Source: Microgenomates group bacterium | GTDB lineage: Bacteria > Patescibacteriota > Microgenomatia > PFEM01 > JBNASD01 | DNA length: 64,000 nt | Reading direction: 5' to 3' | NCBI GenBank assembly: GCA_049720225.1 | Contig: JBNASD010000001.1 | Coordinates: forward strand, 164,733 to 228,732 | Shown: one piece after another, positions 27,038 through 36,629 of the stretch | Layout of the letters: each line of letters starts with the position of its first letter | How positions within the stretch are numbered: the first letter of the stretch is position 1 | Notes under the pieces: model-generated | Databases searched by the model: none | The model's input: only the letters and a program-made list of their open reading frames with translations | Told to the model about the DNA's origin: nothing | Translations under genes and position numbers: made by a program

Positions 27038-28262
27038 TTTTAAATAATCTCCTTCTGATTGCCTTTTTAACCTCTAAAAATTCATTCCAAGGATATTCTT
27101 TTTTTCCATAACACATTGAACGTTCGTGTCCCTTTCCGCAAAAAACTAGAATATCACCATTTTTAGCTAATTTCTCGATAGCGAATCGGATTGCTTTTCG
27201 CCGATCTGGAATTCTTATAAACCACTTCTCTTCTTTTAATTCATTTTCTTGCTTAATTTCTTCTTCTTTTTTTTCCTCCATTCCTCCTTCTAAACAACCC
27301 TCCGCAATTTGATTAATAATTTTATTAACGTCTTCAGTTCGCGGATCTTCAGCAGTAAGAATCGCAATATTCGCTAATCTCCCCGCCACTTCTCCCATCA
27401 TTTTTCTTTTAGCAATATCTCTTAAACCTGCAGACCCAAAGACAGCAATTAATCTTCCTTGATTAACTAATGGTTTTAGTGTTTTTAAAGCATTTTCTAA
27501 CCCCGAGGCGGTTTTCGCAAAATCAACAAAAACTTTAAATTTCTGCCCCATTTTAATTTCTTCCATTCTTCCCTTAACTCCTTTAAAGGAAATTAGCGCT
27601 TTTTTAATTTTTCCCGGTTTGATTCCTAAATTTACTGCCACCGCAATTCCTGCTAAACAATTATATTGATTATATTCACCAGGAAGTTTAGTTTTAAAAG
27701 GAAAATTTTTTGGTGTAAAATCTGCTTCGTTCTTAATTGCGTAAGTAATTATTTTTTTCCTTTTTATTTTTGGATTTTTAAAAAAATACTCATATGAATA
27801 GTCATCTTTATTTAAGACTACAATTTGAGAATTTTCCAAAAGTTTTCCTTTTGCTTGAGCATAATTTTCCCAACTTTTATGATAATCTAAATGATCATGA
27901 GTTACGTTCGTCACCACTCCTATTTGAAATTTGATTCCCCATAATCGATACTGATCTAAACCATGAGAAGAACATTCCAATACCACATATCGCTTTCCTT
28001 TATTAACCATCTGGCGAAGAATTTTTTGTAAAACAAAAGGGTCAGGAGTAGTAGTATGAAGCCCAGGAGAAGATAAAGTAGAAATTATTCCCACTTTAAA
28101 ACCATTTTTTTTAAGCAAATGGCCAATTAAATGAACAGTGGTCGTTTTCCCATCCGTTCCCGTAACGCCAATCATTATTAATTTTTTTGAGGGAAAACGA
28201 TAAATTAAATTGGCTAAAATCGCGGTTAAAAAATGAAAGAAGTTTTTTATTTTTCTTATCAT
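27027..28262 (-). CDS. murE: MurE ligase lacking the N-terminal domain
   Basis: GVTGTDGKTTT, ECSSHGL, HDHLDYH, EDPR, GKGHE. Confidence 0.92.
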   Translation of the reverse strand: MIRKIKNFFHFLTAILANLIYRFPSKKLIMIGVTGTDGKTTTVHLIGHLLKKNGFKVGIISTLSSPGLHTTTPDPFVLQKILRQMVNKGKRYVVLECSSHGLDQYRLWGIKFQIGVVTNVTHDHLDYHKSWENYAQAKGKLLENSQIVVLNKDDYSYEYFFKNPKIKRKKIITYAIKNEADFTPKNFPFKTKLPGEYNQYNCLAGIAVAVNLGIKPGKIKKALISFKGVKGRMEEIKMGQKFKVFVDFAKTASGLENALKTLKPLVNQGRLIAVFGSAGLRDIAKRKMMGEVAGRLANIAILTAEDPRTEDVNKIINQIAEGCLEGGMEEKKEEEIKQENELKEEKWFIRIPDRRKAIRFAIEKLAKNGDILVFCGKGHERSMCYGKKEYPWNEFLEVKKAIRRRLFKNVS

Positions 28263-28272
28263 TAATAGCTTT

Positions 28273-28278
28273 ATTATA
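28273..28278 (-). promoter_or_regulatory. -10 box TATAAT, 10 nt before murE ATG
   Basis: Consensus hexamer in a 25-nt intergenic gap. Confidence 0.5.
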
Positions 28279-28287
28279 GCTTAATTT

Positions 28288-30003
28288 TTATTTTTCCTCT
28301 ACTAAAATTCCATAATATAAAAACAATTCGTTAGCAATCTCAAACCATAAAGGTGCTGCCGTTTCTGAGCCCCAAGGGGAAGAAGTTGGCTCTCTTAACG
28401 TCACCAACATCACAAATTTTGGCTTATCGGCGGGAGCAAAACCGATAAAGGAAGCGATTGTTTTTTCTTCATCGTAATGACCTGCCACGGGAATTTGGGC
28501 GGTTCCCGTCTTTCCGGCAATACGAAAACCTTGAGGTTTTGCCCACTTTGCCTCGCCTTTTTCCACCGCATTAACCATCATTTCTTTAATCATTTGGGCA
28601 GTATTTGGCTTAATTACCCTTTCTTCTTTTTTTGGTTGAATTTCTTCTTCTCCTTTCTCTCCAATAATCTTTTTTACCACAAATGGTTTATATAACACCC
28701 CACCGTTAGCTAACGCTCCGACCGCTTTTACCATTTGAAGAGGAGTCACCGCAATTCCCTGACCAAAAGAAATAGTGGCTAAATCAATAAACTTCCAATC
28801 TTTTTTTTCTCGCAAGGGAGGACTAGTTTCTTCTTGAAGATCGATTCCTGTAGGTTTTCCAAAACCGAATTTTTTAAGATATTGATATGTTCTTTCTATC
28901 CCTAATTTTTCTGCTACAAAAACCATTCCCACATTATCAGAATGTTGAATTATTTCTGTCATTGTTGAATTAGGATAATATTTATCGTTCCAAGTTTTAA
29001 TTGTATACTCAGCAATTTTTCTCGGACCATTGCATTTTTCACAACGACTCTCTGGAGTAACTACCCCACTGTCCAAGGCCGCCGCCATAATAATTACTTT
29101 AAAAGTTGATCCTGGCTCATAAGAAGAAGCAATTACCGGATTAGAAAAAATTTCTTCCTTATATTGCCAATAATATCCAGGATGATAATTAGGAAAGGAA
29201 GCCATCGCAATAATTGCTCCATTGAAAGGATCCATTACCGTAACTGTCCCACTTTTTGCCCCATACCTTATCAATCCTTTTTTCAATTTTTCTTCAACAA
29301 TATACTGAACTGAACGATCTAAATTAAGAACAAGACTTCGACCATCAATTTTTTCCTGACTTTTATCCTCTCCTAATAAAATTGGGTTTCCCAATGCATC
29401 TTTTTCCTGGCGTATTATTCCTGGTTTTCCTTTTAGTTGAAGATCATAAAAACCCTCAAGCCCAAAATATCCTTTTTCTTTCCCATCTTTATCAAAACCA
29501 ACAAAACCTAAAAGATGAGCGGCCATTGAAGCCTCGGGATAAACTCTTTTTTGCTGTTCTTCAAAACCAATTCCTTTAATAGACATTTTCTCAATTTTCT
29601 CTTTAGTTTGTCGAGAAACTTTTTGTTTTAGGGGAGTCCACCATAATTTTTTTAAAGAAAGCCTTTCGATAATTATTTTTTCTAAATCTTCTATTTTTTC
29701 TGAAGTTTCTTCGGATAAAATTGGCGCAATTCTTTTAGCCACTTTCTCTGGTTCTTCTTTTAATTCTTTAGGAGAACCAAACACTAAATAAGCCTCCTCA
29801 TTACTTACTAAAGGAAACCCATCATTAAAAAAAATTTCCCCTCTTTTTGCAGGAATTTCAAAAGAAACCCAATGTTGTTTTTCTGCTAACGCCTTTAATT
29901 CCTCTCCTTTAATTATTTGCCAATAAAAAAGCCGACTAATAATCAACCCGGTAAAAATCACAAAAAAGATTAAAAGAAGATTTATCCGCCAGGAAAAATT
30001 CAT
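28288..30003 (-). CDS. ftsI: Class B penicillin-binding protein (FtsI-like)
   Basis: YEPGSTFK (SxxK), SDN, KTGTAQ; N-terminal TM. Confidence 0.92.
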   Translation of the reverse strand: MNFSWRINLLLIFFVIFTGLIISRLFYWQIIKGEELKALAEKQHWVSFEIPAKRGEIFFNDGFPLVSNEEAYLVFGSPKELKEEPEKVAKRIAPILSEETSEKIEDLEKIIIERLSLKKLWWTPLKQKVSRQTKEKIEKMSIKGIGFEEQQKRVYPEASMAAHLLGFVGFDKDGKEKGYFGLEGFYDLQLKGKPGIIRQEKDALGNPILLGEDKSQEKIDGRSLVLNLDRSVQYIVEEKLKKGLIRYGAKSGTVTVMDPFNGAIIAMASFPNYHPGYYWQYKEEIFSNPVIASSYEPGSTFKVIIMAAALDSGVVTPESRCEKCNGPRKIAEYTIKTWNDKYYPNSTMTEIIQHSDNVGMVFVAEKLGIERTYQYLKKFGFGKPTGIDLQEETSPPLREKKDWKFIDLATISFGQGIAVTPLQMVKAVGALANGGVLYKPFVVKKIIGEKGEEEIQPKKEERVIKPNTAQMIKEMMVNAVEKGEAKWAKPQGFRIAGKTGTAQIPVAGHYDEEKTIASFIGFAPADKPKFVMLVTLREPTSSPWGSETAAPLWFEIANELFLYYGILVEEK

Positions 30004-30299
30004 TTCCTTAAAGCAACTGCATTATCCTCGGTAAGATGAAAAACTACTGAAGTTTTTACTAAACCCAATTCTTCTGCTTTCTGGGAAATTTTCTTTAAAG
30101 AAGTTTCTTTGGCTAATTCTTCATTTAAAATCTTAATTTCTTCATTTAATTGACTGAGTTTAACTTGCCAATTTTTTGTTTCCGCAGATAAACTTACTAA
30201 CCAACAAGAAATTATTATCTGAAAAATAATCAAAATTCCTAAAATTAACACCGTAAATTTAAAAAAATCAAATTGTTTTTTTGTTTTTTTCTTTTTCAT
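30000..30299 (-). CDS. FtsL-like protein
   Basis: Single TM plus coiled coil ending AEELGL; between rsmH and the PBP. Confidence 0.7.
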   Translation of the reverse strand: MKKKKTKKQFDFFKFTVLILGILIIFQIIISCWLVSLSAETKNWQVKLSQLNEEIKILNEELAKETSLKKISQKAEELGLVKTSVVFHLTEDNAVALRK

Positions 30300-30300
30300 T

Positions 30301-31218
30301 TTATATTTTTTCCGCTACTCTTAATTTAGCGCTCCGACTTTTTGGATTTTCTTTTTTCTCTTCTTCTGTCGGTCTAATTGGTTTTTTAGTTAAAATTTTT
30401 AATTTTCCCTTTTTAAATTCCTCGTTAAAAAAATTCTTTACAATTCTATCTTCTAATGAATGAAAACTAATTATTAATAATCTCCCACCTGGTTTTAAAA
30501 GATCTTCTGCCTGTGGTAATGCTTCTTTTAAATTTTCTAATTCGTTATTAACCGTAATTCTTAGTGCTTGAAAACATTTTCGTGCTGGATGTTTTTTTCT
30601 TTTTCCTTTTGGTAACGCCCGTAAAATAATTTCCACTAACTCTTGGGTAGTGGTAATTGGTTTTAATTGACGGGCGCGGCAAATAGCTTCAGCAATTCGC
30701 CGAGCACGCTTTTCTTCACCAAATTTAAGAAAAATTTTAGTAAGTTCATTTTCGCTTAAATTATTAACTAAGTCGCCGGCGGTTATTTTTAAAGAAGGAT
30801 CCATTCTCATATCTAATGGCCCTTCTTTTCGAAAAGAAAAACCCCGCCGACCTTCTTCTAACTGATGCCACGAAACCCCTAGATCAAAGATTATTCCTTC
30901 AACTCTACCAAATCCTTCCTTCTGAGCTATTTTTTTAATTTCTCTAAAATTACCCCGCACCAGCCGCCAGGAAGAATTAACCCTTGAAGCAAATTTTTCT
31001 TGCTTCAAGGGAGGGCAGGCTAAGGAGAGATTCTCCCCGGCGGCTTGGATTGCTTCGGGATCACAATCAATACCCAAAATCTTTCCTCCTCTTTTAACAA
31101 TTTCCAACGCGTATCCTCCACCACCTACCGTGGCATCGATATATTTTCCTCCCTTTTTAACTACTAATAATTCAATAACTTTATTTAAAAGAACTGGTTT
31201 ATGAAAAATTTTTTCCAC
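30301..31218 (-). CDS. rsmH: 16S rRNA m4C1402 methyltransferase
   Basis: HKPVLL, DATVGGGG, DLGVS, PLDMRMD, FQALRI, SFHSLEDR, SRSAKLR; probable GTG start 31218. Confidence 0.95.
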   Translation of the reverse strand: MEKIFHKPVLLNKVIELLVVKKGGKYIDATVGGGGYALEIVKRGGKILGIDCDPEAIQAAGENLSLACPPLKQEKFASRVNSSWRLVRGNFREIKKIAQKEGFGRVEGIIFDLGVSWHQLEEGRRGFSFRKEGPLDMRMDPSLKITAGDLVNNLSENELTKIFLKFGEEKRARRIAEAICRARQLKPITTTQELVEIILRALPKGKRKKHPARKCFQALRITVNNELENLKEALPQAEDLLKPGGRLLIISFHSLEDRIVKNFFNEEFKKGKLKILTKKPIRPTEEEKKENPKSRSAKLRVAEKI

Positions 31219-31591
31219 GATAGTTCTCCCATTTCTTTTTATCCCAAATCTCAAAATGATCTCCGGCACCAATTAAAACGATTTCTTCTTTAATTCCTGC
31301 ATACTCCATCATTTTTTCAGGAATGACAAATCTTCCCTGAGAATCAAGATTAATTACTTCAGCATTCATACAAAGTTGTCTTCTTAATTTTCTTCCTTCT
31401 TCGTCAGAAATTGGTCTTGATAAATCAACCGCCGTTACCTGCTCCCACACCTTTTCCTCAAAACCAAAAATACATTCATCCAACCCTACCGACAAGACAA
31501 TTTTTTTTCCTTTAATTTCCTTTCTTATCTTTCCCGGTAATACCAAGCGATTTTTTCCAATCAAGCTTGGTTGGTAGGTTCCTAAAAGCAT
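31199..31591 (-). CDS. mraZ: MraZ transcriptional regulator
   Basis: LDSQGRFVIP, IGAGDHFEIWD; first gene of the dcw cluster. Confidence 0.93.
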   Translation of the reverse strand: MLLGTYQPSLIGKNRLVLPGKIRKEIKGKKIVLSVGLDECIFGFEEKVWEQVTAVDLSRPISDEEGRKLRRQLCMNAEVINLDSQGRFVIPEKMMEYAGIKEEIVLIGAGDHFEIWDKKKWENYRGKNFS

Positions 31592-31655
31592 CTTCCTTTT
31601 TTCACCATTTTAATACTTTTTAAACCATTTTGAAACAAAAAAATCCTTTTGTCAA
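31592..31655 (-). promoter_or_regulatory. dcw promoter (TTGACA-17-CAAAAT) with four 10-bp phased repeats, putative MraZ operator
   Basis: AAAATGGTTT AAAAAGTATT AAAATGGTGA AAAAAGGAAG directly before the mraZ ATG. Confidence 0.65.
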
Positions 31656-31704
31656 GAGGTATTTTTGGGAAAAGTTGATTAAAAGAAAGTTAAAAAGAAA
31701 AAGC

Positions 31705-32217
31705 TTACTGAATTAGCCAACCCTGAACTTGAAGATTATAATCTTTTGAATCTAAATCAAAAGGGGCAGTAATTTTAATTACCCCCTCTTTCCCACGAAG
31801 ACGAAGCAAAAGATTTCCCGTAGTCACATCTTCATCATATTTACAAACATTTCGCGAACACGTTCCTAACAAAATTTTTCGACTAATTTCTGTTTCTCCT
31901 TCCTTTAAATTAATTGTCCCAATTACACCACGCGTGATTCCTTTTGATAAATAAGTTAACTCATATTCCACTAAATTAGCATTTTTAATATTTTTTATTT
32001 CTAAGGTAACTTCTTTTTTATCAGCGCGAGGAATAAGACGAACTAAAGGAAGTTCATCGGAAGATAATTCTTTTTGAATTTTAGGAGTCGGTGTCGCCGC
32101 GACTTTTGGGGAAAAATTTGCTCCTTTACTTCTTATTTTTCCAAAAAAGACAACAAAACCAATTATTCCCATTAAACCCACTAAAACTATTCCAACAATC
32201 AAAAGATTTTTCTTCAT
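31705..32217 (-). CDS. Membrane-anchored hypothetical protein
   Basis: N-terminal TM, ATPTP linker, GTCSRNVC Cys pair. Confidence 0.75.
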   Translation of the reverse strand: MKKNLLIVGIVLVGLMGIIGFVVFFGKIRSKGANFSPKVAATPTPKIQKELSSDELPLVRLIPRADKKEVTLEIKNIKNANLVEYELTYLSKGITRGVIGTINLKEGETEISRKILLGTCSRNVCKYDEDVTTGNLLLRLRGKEGVIKITAPFDLDSKDYNLQVQGWLIQ

Positions 32218-33512
32218 AGATTTAATCTATTTTGAAAGTATTCTTTTAATTTGTCAACAGAAACTCTTTCTTGATGAGTAGTCTCTCTATCTCTTACAGT
32301 CACGGTGCTATCTTTTAAAGTTTGAAAATCAACGGTTACACACCACGGTGTCCCAATTTCATCTTGAGCAAAATAACGTTTTCCAATATTTCCTCGCTCA
32401 TCCCAAGCAACCACAAAGATAGATTTTAAATCTTCATAAATTTTTCTTGCTATTTTTACTAAATCAGGTTTGTTAGCCAATAAAGGAAAAACGGCGATTT
32501 TAACGGGAGAAATTTTCGGATTGAGTGATAAAATTACTCGAGTACTATTATTACTCTTTTCCTCACGATAAGCCTCGCATAATAGAGCTAAAACTAATCT
32601 TTCTACCCCTATCGATGGCTCAATAACAAAAGGATAAAACTTCTTTCCGTTTTCATCTTGATAACTTAAATCTTTCCCGGAAAATCGAGAATGGTTTTTT
32701 AAATCAAAGTCAGTCCGATTGGCAATTCCCTCCAACTCTGCCCATCCAAAGGGAAATTTATATTCAATATCTACTGTTCTTTTTGAGTAATGAGCCAAAG
32801 ATTTTTTTGGATGCTCAAAGAAACGAAGATGGTTTTTATTTATTCCCAACTCTAAATGCCAATTTAATCTTTCTTTTAACCAATATTCATGCCATTTTTC
32901 ATCTTCCTCTGGTTTAACAAAATATTCCAATTCCATCATTTCAAATTCTCTATCGCGAAAAATAAAATCCCCGGTCGTAATTTCATTCCGAAAACCTTTC
33001 CCTATTTGAGCAATTCCAAAAGGTAATTTCGGATGAAAACTATCAATTACATTGGCAAAATTAATAAAAATTCCCTGACAAGTTTCCGGACGAAGATAAG
33101 CTTTATTAGCAGTTTCCTTGGCGGGACCAACATAAGTTTCAAACATTAAATTAAACTGTTTTACTTCAGTAAGTCCCCCTCCACATTCAGGACAAATATC
33201 GCCTTCTAATTTATCTGCCCTAAATCGTTTATGGCAAGATTTACACTCTCTTAATGGGTCAGTAAAAGAAACTACATGCCCCGAAGCTTCCCATGTTTTT
33301 GGATGATGAATAATTGTAGAATCTAAACCAAAAACATCATCCCTTTCCCAAACAATTTTTTTCCACCACCATTTTTTAATATTATTTTTTAACTCCACTC
33401 CCAATGGCCCAAAATCCCAAAAACCACCTATCCCTCCATAAATTTCCGACCCGGGATAAATAAATCCCCTTCTTTTACAAAGGGCAACAATTTTTTCTAA
33501 TAAATTACTCAT
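32214..33512 (-). CDS. glyS: Glycine--tRNA ligase, alpha2 type
   Basis: LRPETCQGIF, FRNEIT, REFEMMELE, GIANRTDFDL, IEPSIG, QDEIGTP. Confidence 0.95.
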   Translation of the reverse strand: MSNLLEKIVALCKRRGFIYPGSEIYGGIGGFWDFGPLGVELKNNIKKWWWKKIVWERDDVFGLDSTIIHHPKTWEASGHVVSFTDPLRECKSCHKRFRADKLEGDICPECGGGLTEVKQFNLMFETYVGPAKETANKAYLRPETCQGIFINFANVIDSFHPKLPFGIAQIGKGFRNEITTGDFIFRDREFEMMELEYFVKPEEDEKWHEYWLKERLNWHLELGINKNHLRFFEHPKKSLAHYSKRTVDIEYKFPFGWAELEGIANRTDFDLKNHSRFSGKDLSYQDENGKKFYPFVIEPSIGVERLVLALLCEAYREEKSNNSTRVILSLNPKISPVKIAVFPLLANKPDLVKIARKIYEDLKSIFVVAWDERGNIGKRYFAQDEIGTPWCVTVDFQTLKDSTVTVRDRETTHQERVSVDKLKEYFQNRLNL

Positions 33513-33518
33513 GAATAT

Positions 33519-33527
33519 ATAATACCA
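33519..33527 (-). promoter_or_regulatory. Extended -10 (TGgTATTAT), 6 nt before glyS ATG
   Basis: Located in an 18-nt gap; leaderless spacing. Confidence 0.55.
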
Positions 33528-33530
33528 TAC

Positions 33531-34064
33531 TTAAGAAAAAGTACGAAAAGTATTTATTTTTCTTTCTATAATTTTTTCAATATAAGAAATTAAATTTCCT
33601 TTATCCTTTAATTGCGGAGGGATTCCAAAACCAGAAAAAAGCAAAATTTTTTCCTCAAATTCTTTTTTTAATTTTTCTTCTTCGTTTTTTTCCAGTAACT
33701 TTAATGAGTTTTTTAAAAGATTAAAAATTTTTTCGTTTTTTTCTCCTTCAGGAGTAAATTTATCCACTAATTCACAAAAATAATAGGCTAATTTTACTTT
33801 ATTTATATTTTTTCTCCAGGAAGAAAAATTATCTAAAACCTCTACCTCCGATAAAATGTCAAAAGTTTTTCCTTTTCTAATTAAAAACCGACAAAAATTA
33901 AATGTCTCTAAATTTCCTGCTCGCTTACTGGTAATTTTTCTTACTCCTTTGGCCAAAACTTTTATTTTTCCATAATTTAAAGTAAAAATAGTCAAAATCC
34001 TATCAATTTCTCCATAATTTTTTCTTTTAAGAATTATTCCCTGGGTTTTATAGAGGTAATTCAT
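33531..34064 (-). CDS. recO: DNA repair protein RecO (short, no Zn finger)
   Basis: GIILKRKNYGEIDRILTIFT..GKI...AKGVRK. Confidence 0.88.
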   Translation of the reverse strand: MNYLYKTQGIILKRKNYGEIDRILTIFTLNYGKIKVLAKGVRKITSKRAGNLETFNFCRFLIRKGKTFDILSEVEVLDNFSSWRKNINKVKLAYYFCELVDKFTPEGEKNEKIFNLLKNSLKLLEKNEEEKLKKEFEEKILLFSGFGIPPQLKDKGNLISYIEKIIERKINTFRTFS

Positions 34065-35986
34065 TAAAGAGATAAAATTAATTCTTTATCTTTATCAAGA
34101 TCAAATTCTTCTATATTTTTATTGGTTTTTATTTCATACCGAAAGGCTTTAGTTCCTGGCTGTTTCTGAATTAGAAGGCGATAATCTCCATTTCCTTTAA
34201 ACGGCAACTTATATTTAAAAATTACCTGAGCTTTTCCTAATGGTCTTAGAGGAGCTTTATCCCCATAAAAAGCCTCAAAAACTGTTTTTCCTAATTCTTC
34301 ATAGGTACGAACTTCTACTTCTGAACCTGAAGCTTCAATTAACTCGCTTCCTTTAGGCACATAAATTCTTAACCAATTCCGATAAAGACCATTTAAACAA
34401 AGATCTCCCGCCTCTAAATTACAATTTGAAGGAGGAGCGGGATTAACATAATCAATAGTGACTTTCTTGATTATTTCTTGATTTTCGTTTATCTCAATTT
34501 CCTGGGTGACTGTTTGGTAAATGAAAATATTTGATTTCGCGCCGGCAAAATTACAATCATTAAGATGAAAATAATCGCCCTGATAATCTTTAATCCTTCC
34601 TCCTGCATTTAAAGTTTCAATTGCTTTTTGAATATCCTCATTGAAAAAGTAAAAAAGAATATGTTTTTCCTGAATATTTTTAAATCCTACATCAAAAAAT
34701 TCTGGCCATTTTTTGGCTGGTGACTGCATTACATGAAGTAAAATTGCGTGCATTAATGGTCCTAACATTGCCTTTCTTTCTGTTCTTAAGGTTCCTACTG
34801 GTTTATCAGCTAACTTTTCCAGTTCATAAAAAACTTGCGGACAATTGCATCGTGGATCGTTTTCTGCCGAAAAAGTCCCCCATTCCGCTACTCCCACCGG
34901 CCCTAAAACTTTTAAAATATCAACCAAAACTTGAGTATCCACCGCAATTACTCCATCGACATCAGGACCACCGGCGGTTTTATAATGAGGCCAAAAAGTT
35001 TCTATAAACACTTTAAAATCAGGAGAAAGATTCATATCTCTTAAATGCCAATAATAAACATTTTTATGATATTTTTTAATTGGCTCAGGTGCCGGCAAGC
35101 GATTCCCAAATTTACTATCTAAAGTATAAATATCCCACGAACCTAACGGTTTAAAATTTCCTTTATGAACTTCTAAAATTGCGTAAGCGGTTAAAAACCC
35201 TCCGGTGGGTCTTAATTCGGCATCATTTTGAAAAAGTAAAAGATATCTTTTTGCATCAGGAAAACCCAATAAAGGTTTTAAATAAGAAATTAAAGGTTTA
35301 ATCTCCTCCATCATTAATCTGGTTTCTTTTAAAAGTGTTTGTCCTTTTACAATTTTTTCTCTTATTTGATAACCAAAAAGCTTTTGGGGATATTTTTGAG
35401 GATTAATTTTGTTAATCTCTTCCTCTGCTAATTTTAATTTCTCATCAATTTTATCAATATTTGGTTGAAGCTTATCTAAAGTATCTAAAGCCAACATTAA
35501 CCTTTCTTCGGTGGTCAGTGCTTTTTCTTCCTTTTTTTCTTTTAAACCCAAAATATCGGCATAAGGTTCAATTCCCTCAATTGTAAGTTCCCCCGCTTCG
35601 ATTAAGTATTTACCACCCTGAAATAAACTTTCTCCATCCTTATAATAGGGAAAAAATTTAAAAACAATCAGTTTTTGATAACTTTTTTCTAAACTTAAAA
35701 ATTTCTCCTTAAATTCACCTAATTTTTCTTTAGTTTCCTCTAAATTTTGACTTTTAATTGCCTCCGATAATTGTTTTCCATCCTGAAGTAAAGCTAAGGC
35801 TTCATTTTTAAAATTTAAAAGAGGAAAAATAGTTAATCCTCCCACTAAAATTATTAAAAAAAGAAATCCTCCCAACACCCATAAAAATTTTTTGGAAAAG
35901 CGAGGAAATTTTAATCTTAATTTTTTTTCTGGTTGATTTAAATCTTCAAAAAGAGTAATTCTTTTTGTTTCTAAATCTTGATTCAT
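34064..35986 (-). CDS. DUF4012-family membrane-anchored protein
   Basis: N-terminal TM, helical stalk, YLLLFQNDAELRPTGGF, RDMNLSPDF, DGVIAVD, QKQPG. Confidence 0.85.
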   Translation of the reverse strand: MNQDLETKRITLFEDLNQPEKKLRLKFPRFSKKFLWVLGGFLFLIILVGGLTIFPLLNFKNEALALLQDGKQLSEAIKSQNLEETKEKLGEFKEKFLSLEKSYQKLIVFKFFPYYKDGESLFQGGKYLIEAGELTIEGIEPYADILGLKEKKEEKALTTEERLMLALDTLDKLQPNIDKIDEKLKLAEEEINKINPQKYPQKLFGYQIREKIVKGQTLLKETRLMMEEIKPLISYLKPLLGFPDAKRYLLLFQNDAELRPTGGFLTAYAILEVHKGNFKPLGSWDIYTLDSKFGNRLPAPEPIKKYHKNVYYWHLRDMNLSPDFKVFIETFWPHYKTAGGPDVDGVIAVDTQVLVDILKVLGPVGVAEWGTFSAENDPRCNCPQVFYELEKLADKPVGTLRTERKAMLGPLMHAILLHVMQSPAKKWPEFFDVGFKNIQEKHILFYFFNEDIQKAIETLNAGGRIKDYQGDYFHLNDCNFAGAKSNIFIYQTVTQEIEINENQEIIKKVTIDYVNPAPPSNCNLEAGDLCLNGLYRNWLRIYVPKGSELIEASGSEVEVRTYEELGKTVFEAFYGDKAPLRPLGKAQVIFKYKLPFKGNGDYRLLIQKQPGTKAFRYEIKTNKNIEEFDLDKDKELILSL

Positions 35987-35988
35987 TT

Positions 35989-36627
35989 TTATAAGGCTCC
36001 TTTCCCAGAAATCATTGCCCAAGGGGTCTTAAGAATAATAATAATATCTTTTAAAATAGACCGCTGTCGGGCATACCAGGCATCCATTTCTACTCTTTTA
36101 TCAAAATTTATTTCACTTCTTCCGGAAACTTGCCAATAACCAGTAATTCCCGGTTTAATTTTTAAAAGTTCTTTAACGTATTTTTTGGTATGGGGATAAA
36201 CCTTTTGTTGCTCTTCCAATTCATCTGGATAATAAGCACGAGGACCGACAATACTCATTTCTCCTTTTAAAACATTAAATACTTGGGGTAGTTCATCTAA
36301 AGAAAACCGTCTTAAAATTTTTCCTACACGGGTAACTCTGGGGTCATTTTTTAATTTATAACTGCTTTTTTTGTACTCTTCATAAAGCTTTTTAAATTTT
36401 GGGTCTGTTCTTAGAAGTTGATGGGCGTTAGCAATCATTGTTCGAAACTTATACATCTTAAACAACTTTTTGTCCTTTCCTACTCTTTTAGGAATATCGG
36501 CAAATACCGGTCCGGGCGAATCTAGTTTTATTAAAATGGGAACAATTAAAAACACCGGTGCAAAAACAATTAATATTCCGATAGCCACAATGATATCTAA
36601 AATTCTTTTGGCAGTTTCGTATTTCAT
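35989..36627 (-). CDS. Priming polyprenyl-phosphate sugar phosphotransferase (WcaJ/WbaP/PglC catalytic domain)
   Basis: KRILDI, KFRTM, DPRVTRVG, SLDELPQ, MSIVGPR, PGITGYWQV. Confidence 0.92.
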   Translation of the reverse strand: MKYETAKRILDIIVAIGILIVFAPVFLIVPILIKLDSPGPVFADIPKRVGKDKKLFKMYKFRTMIANAHQLLRTDPKFKKLYEEYKKSSYKLKNDPRVTRVGKILRRFSLDELPQVFNVLKGEMSIVGPRAYYPDELEEQQKVYPHTKKYVKELLKIKPGITGYWQVSGRSEINFDKRVEMDAWYARQRSILKDIIIILKTPWAMISGKGAL

Positions 36628-36629
36628 TT

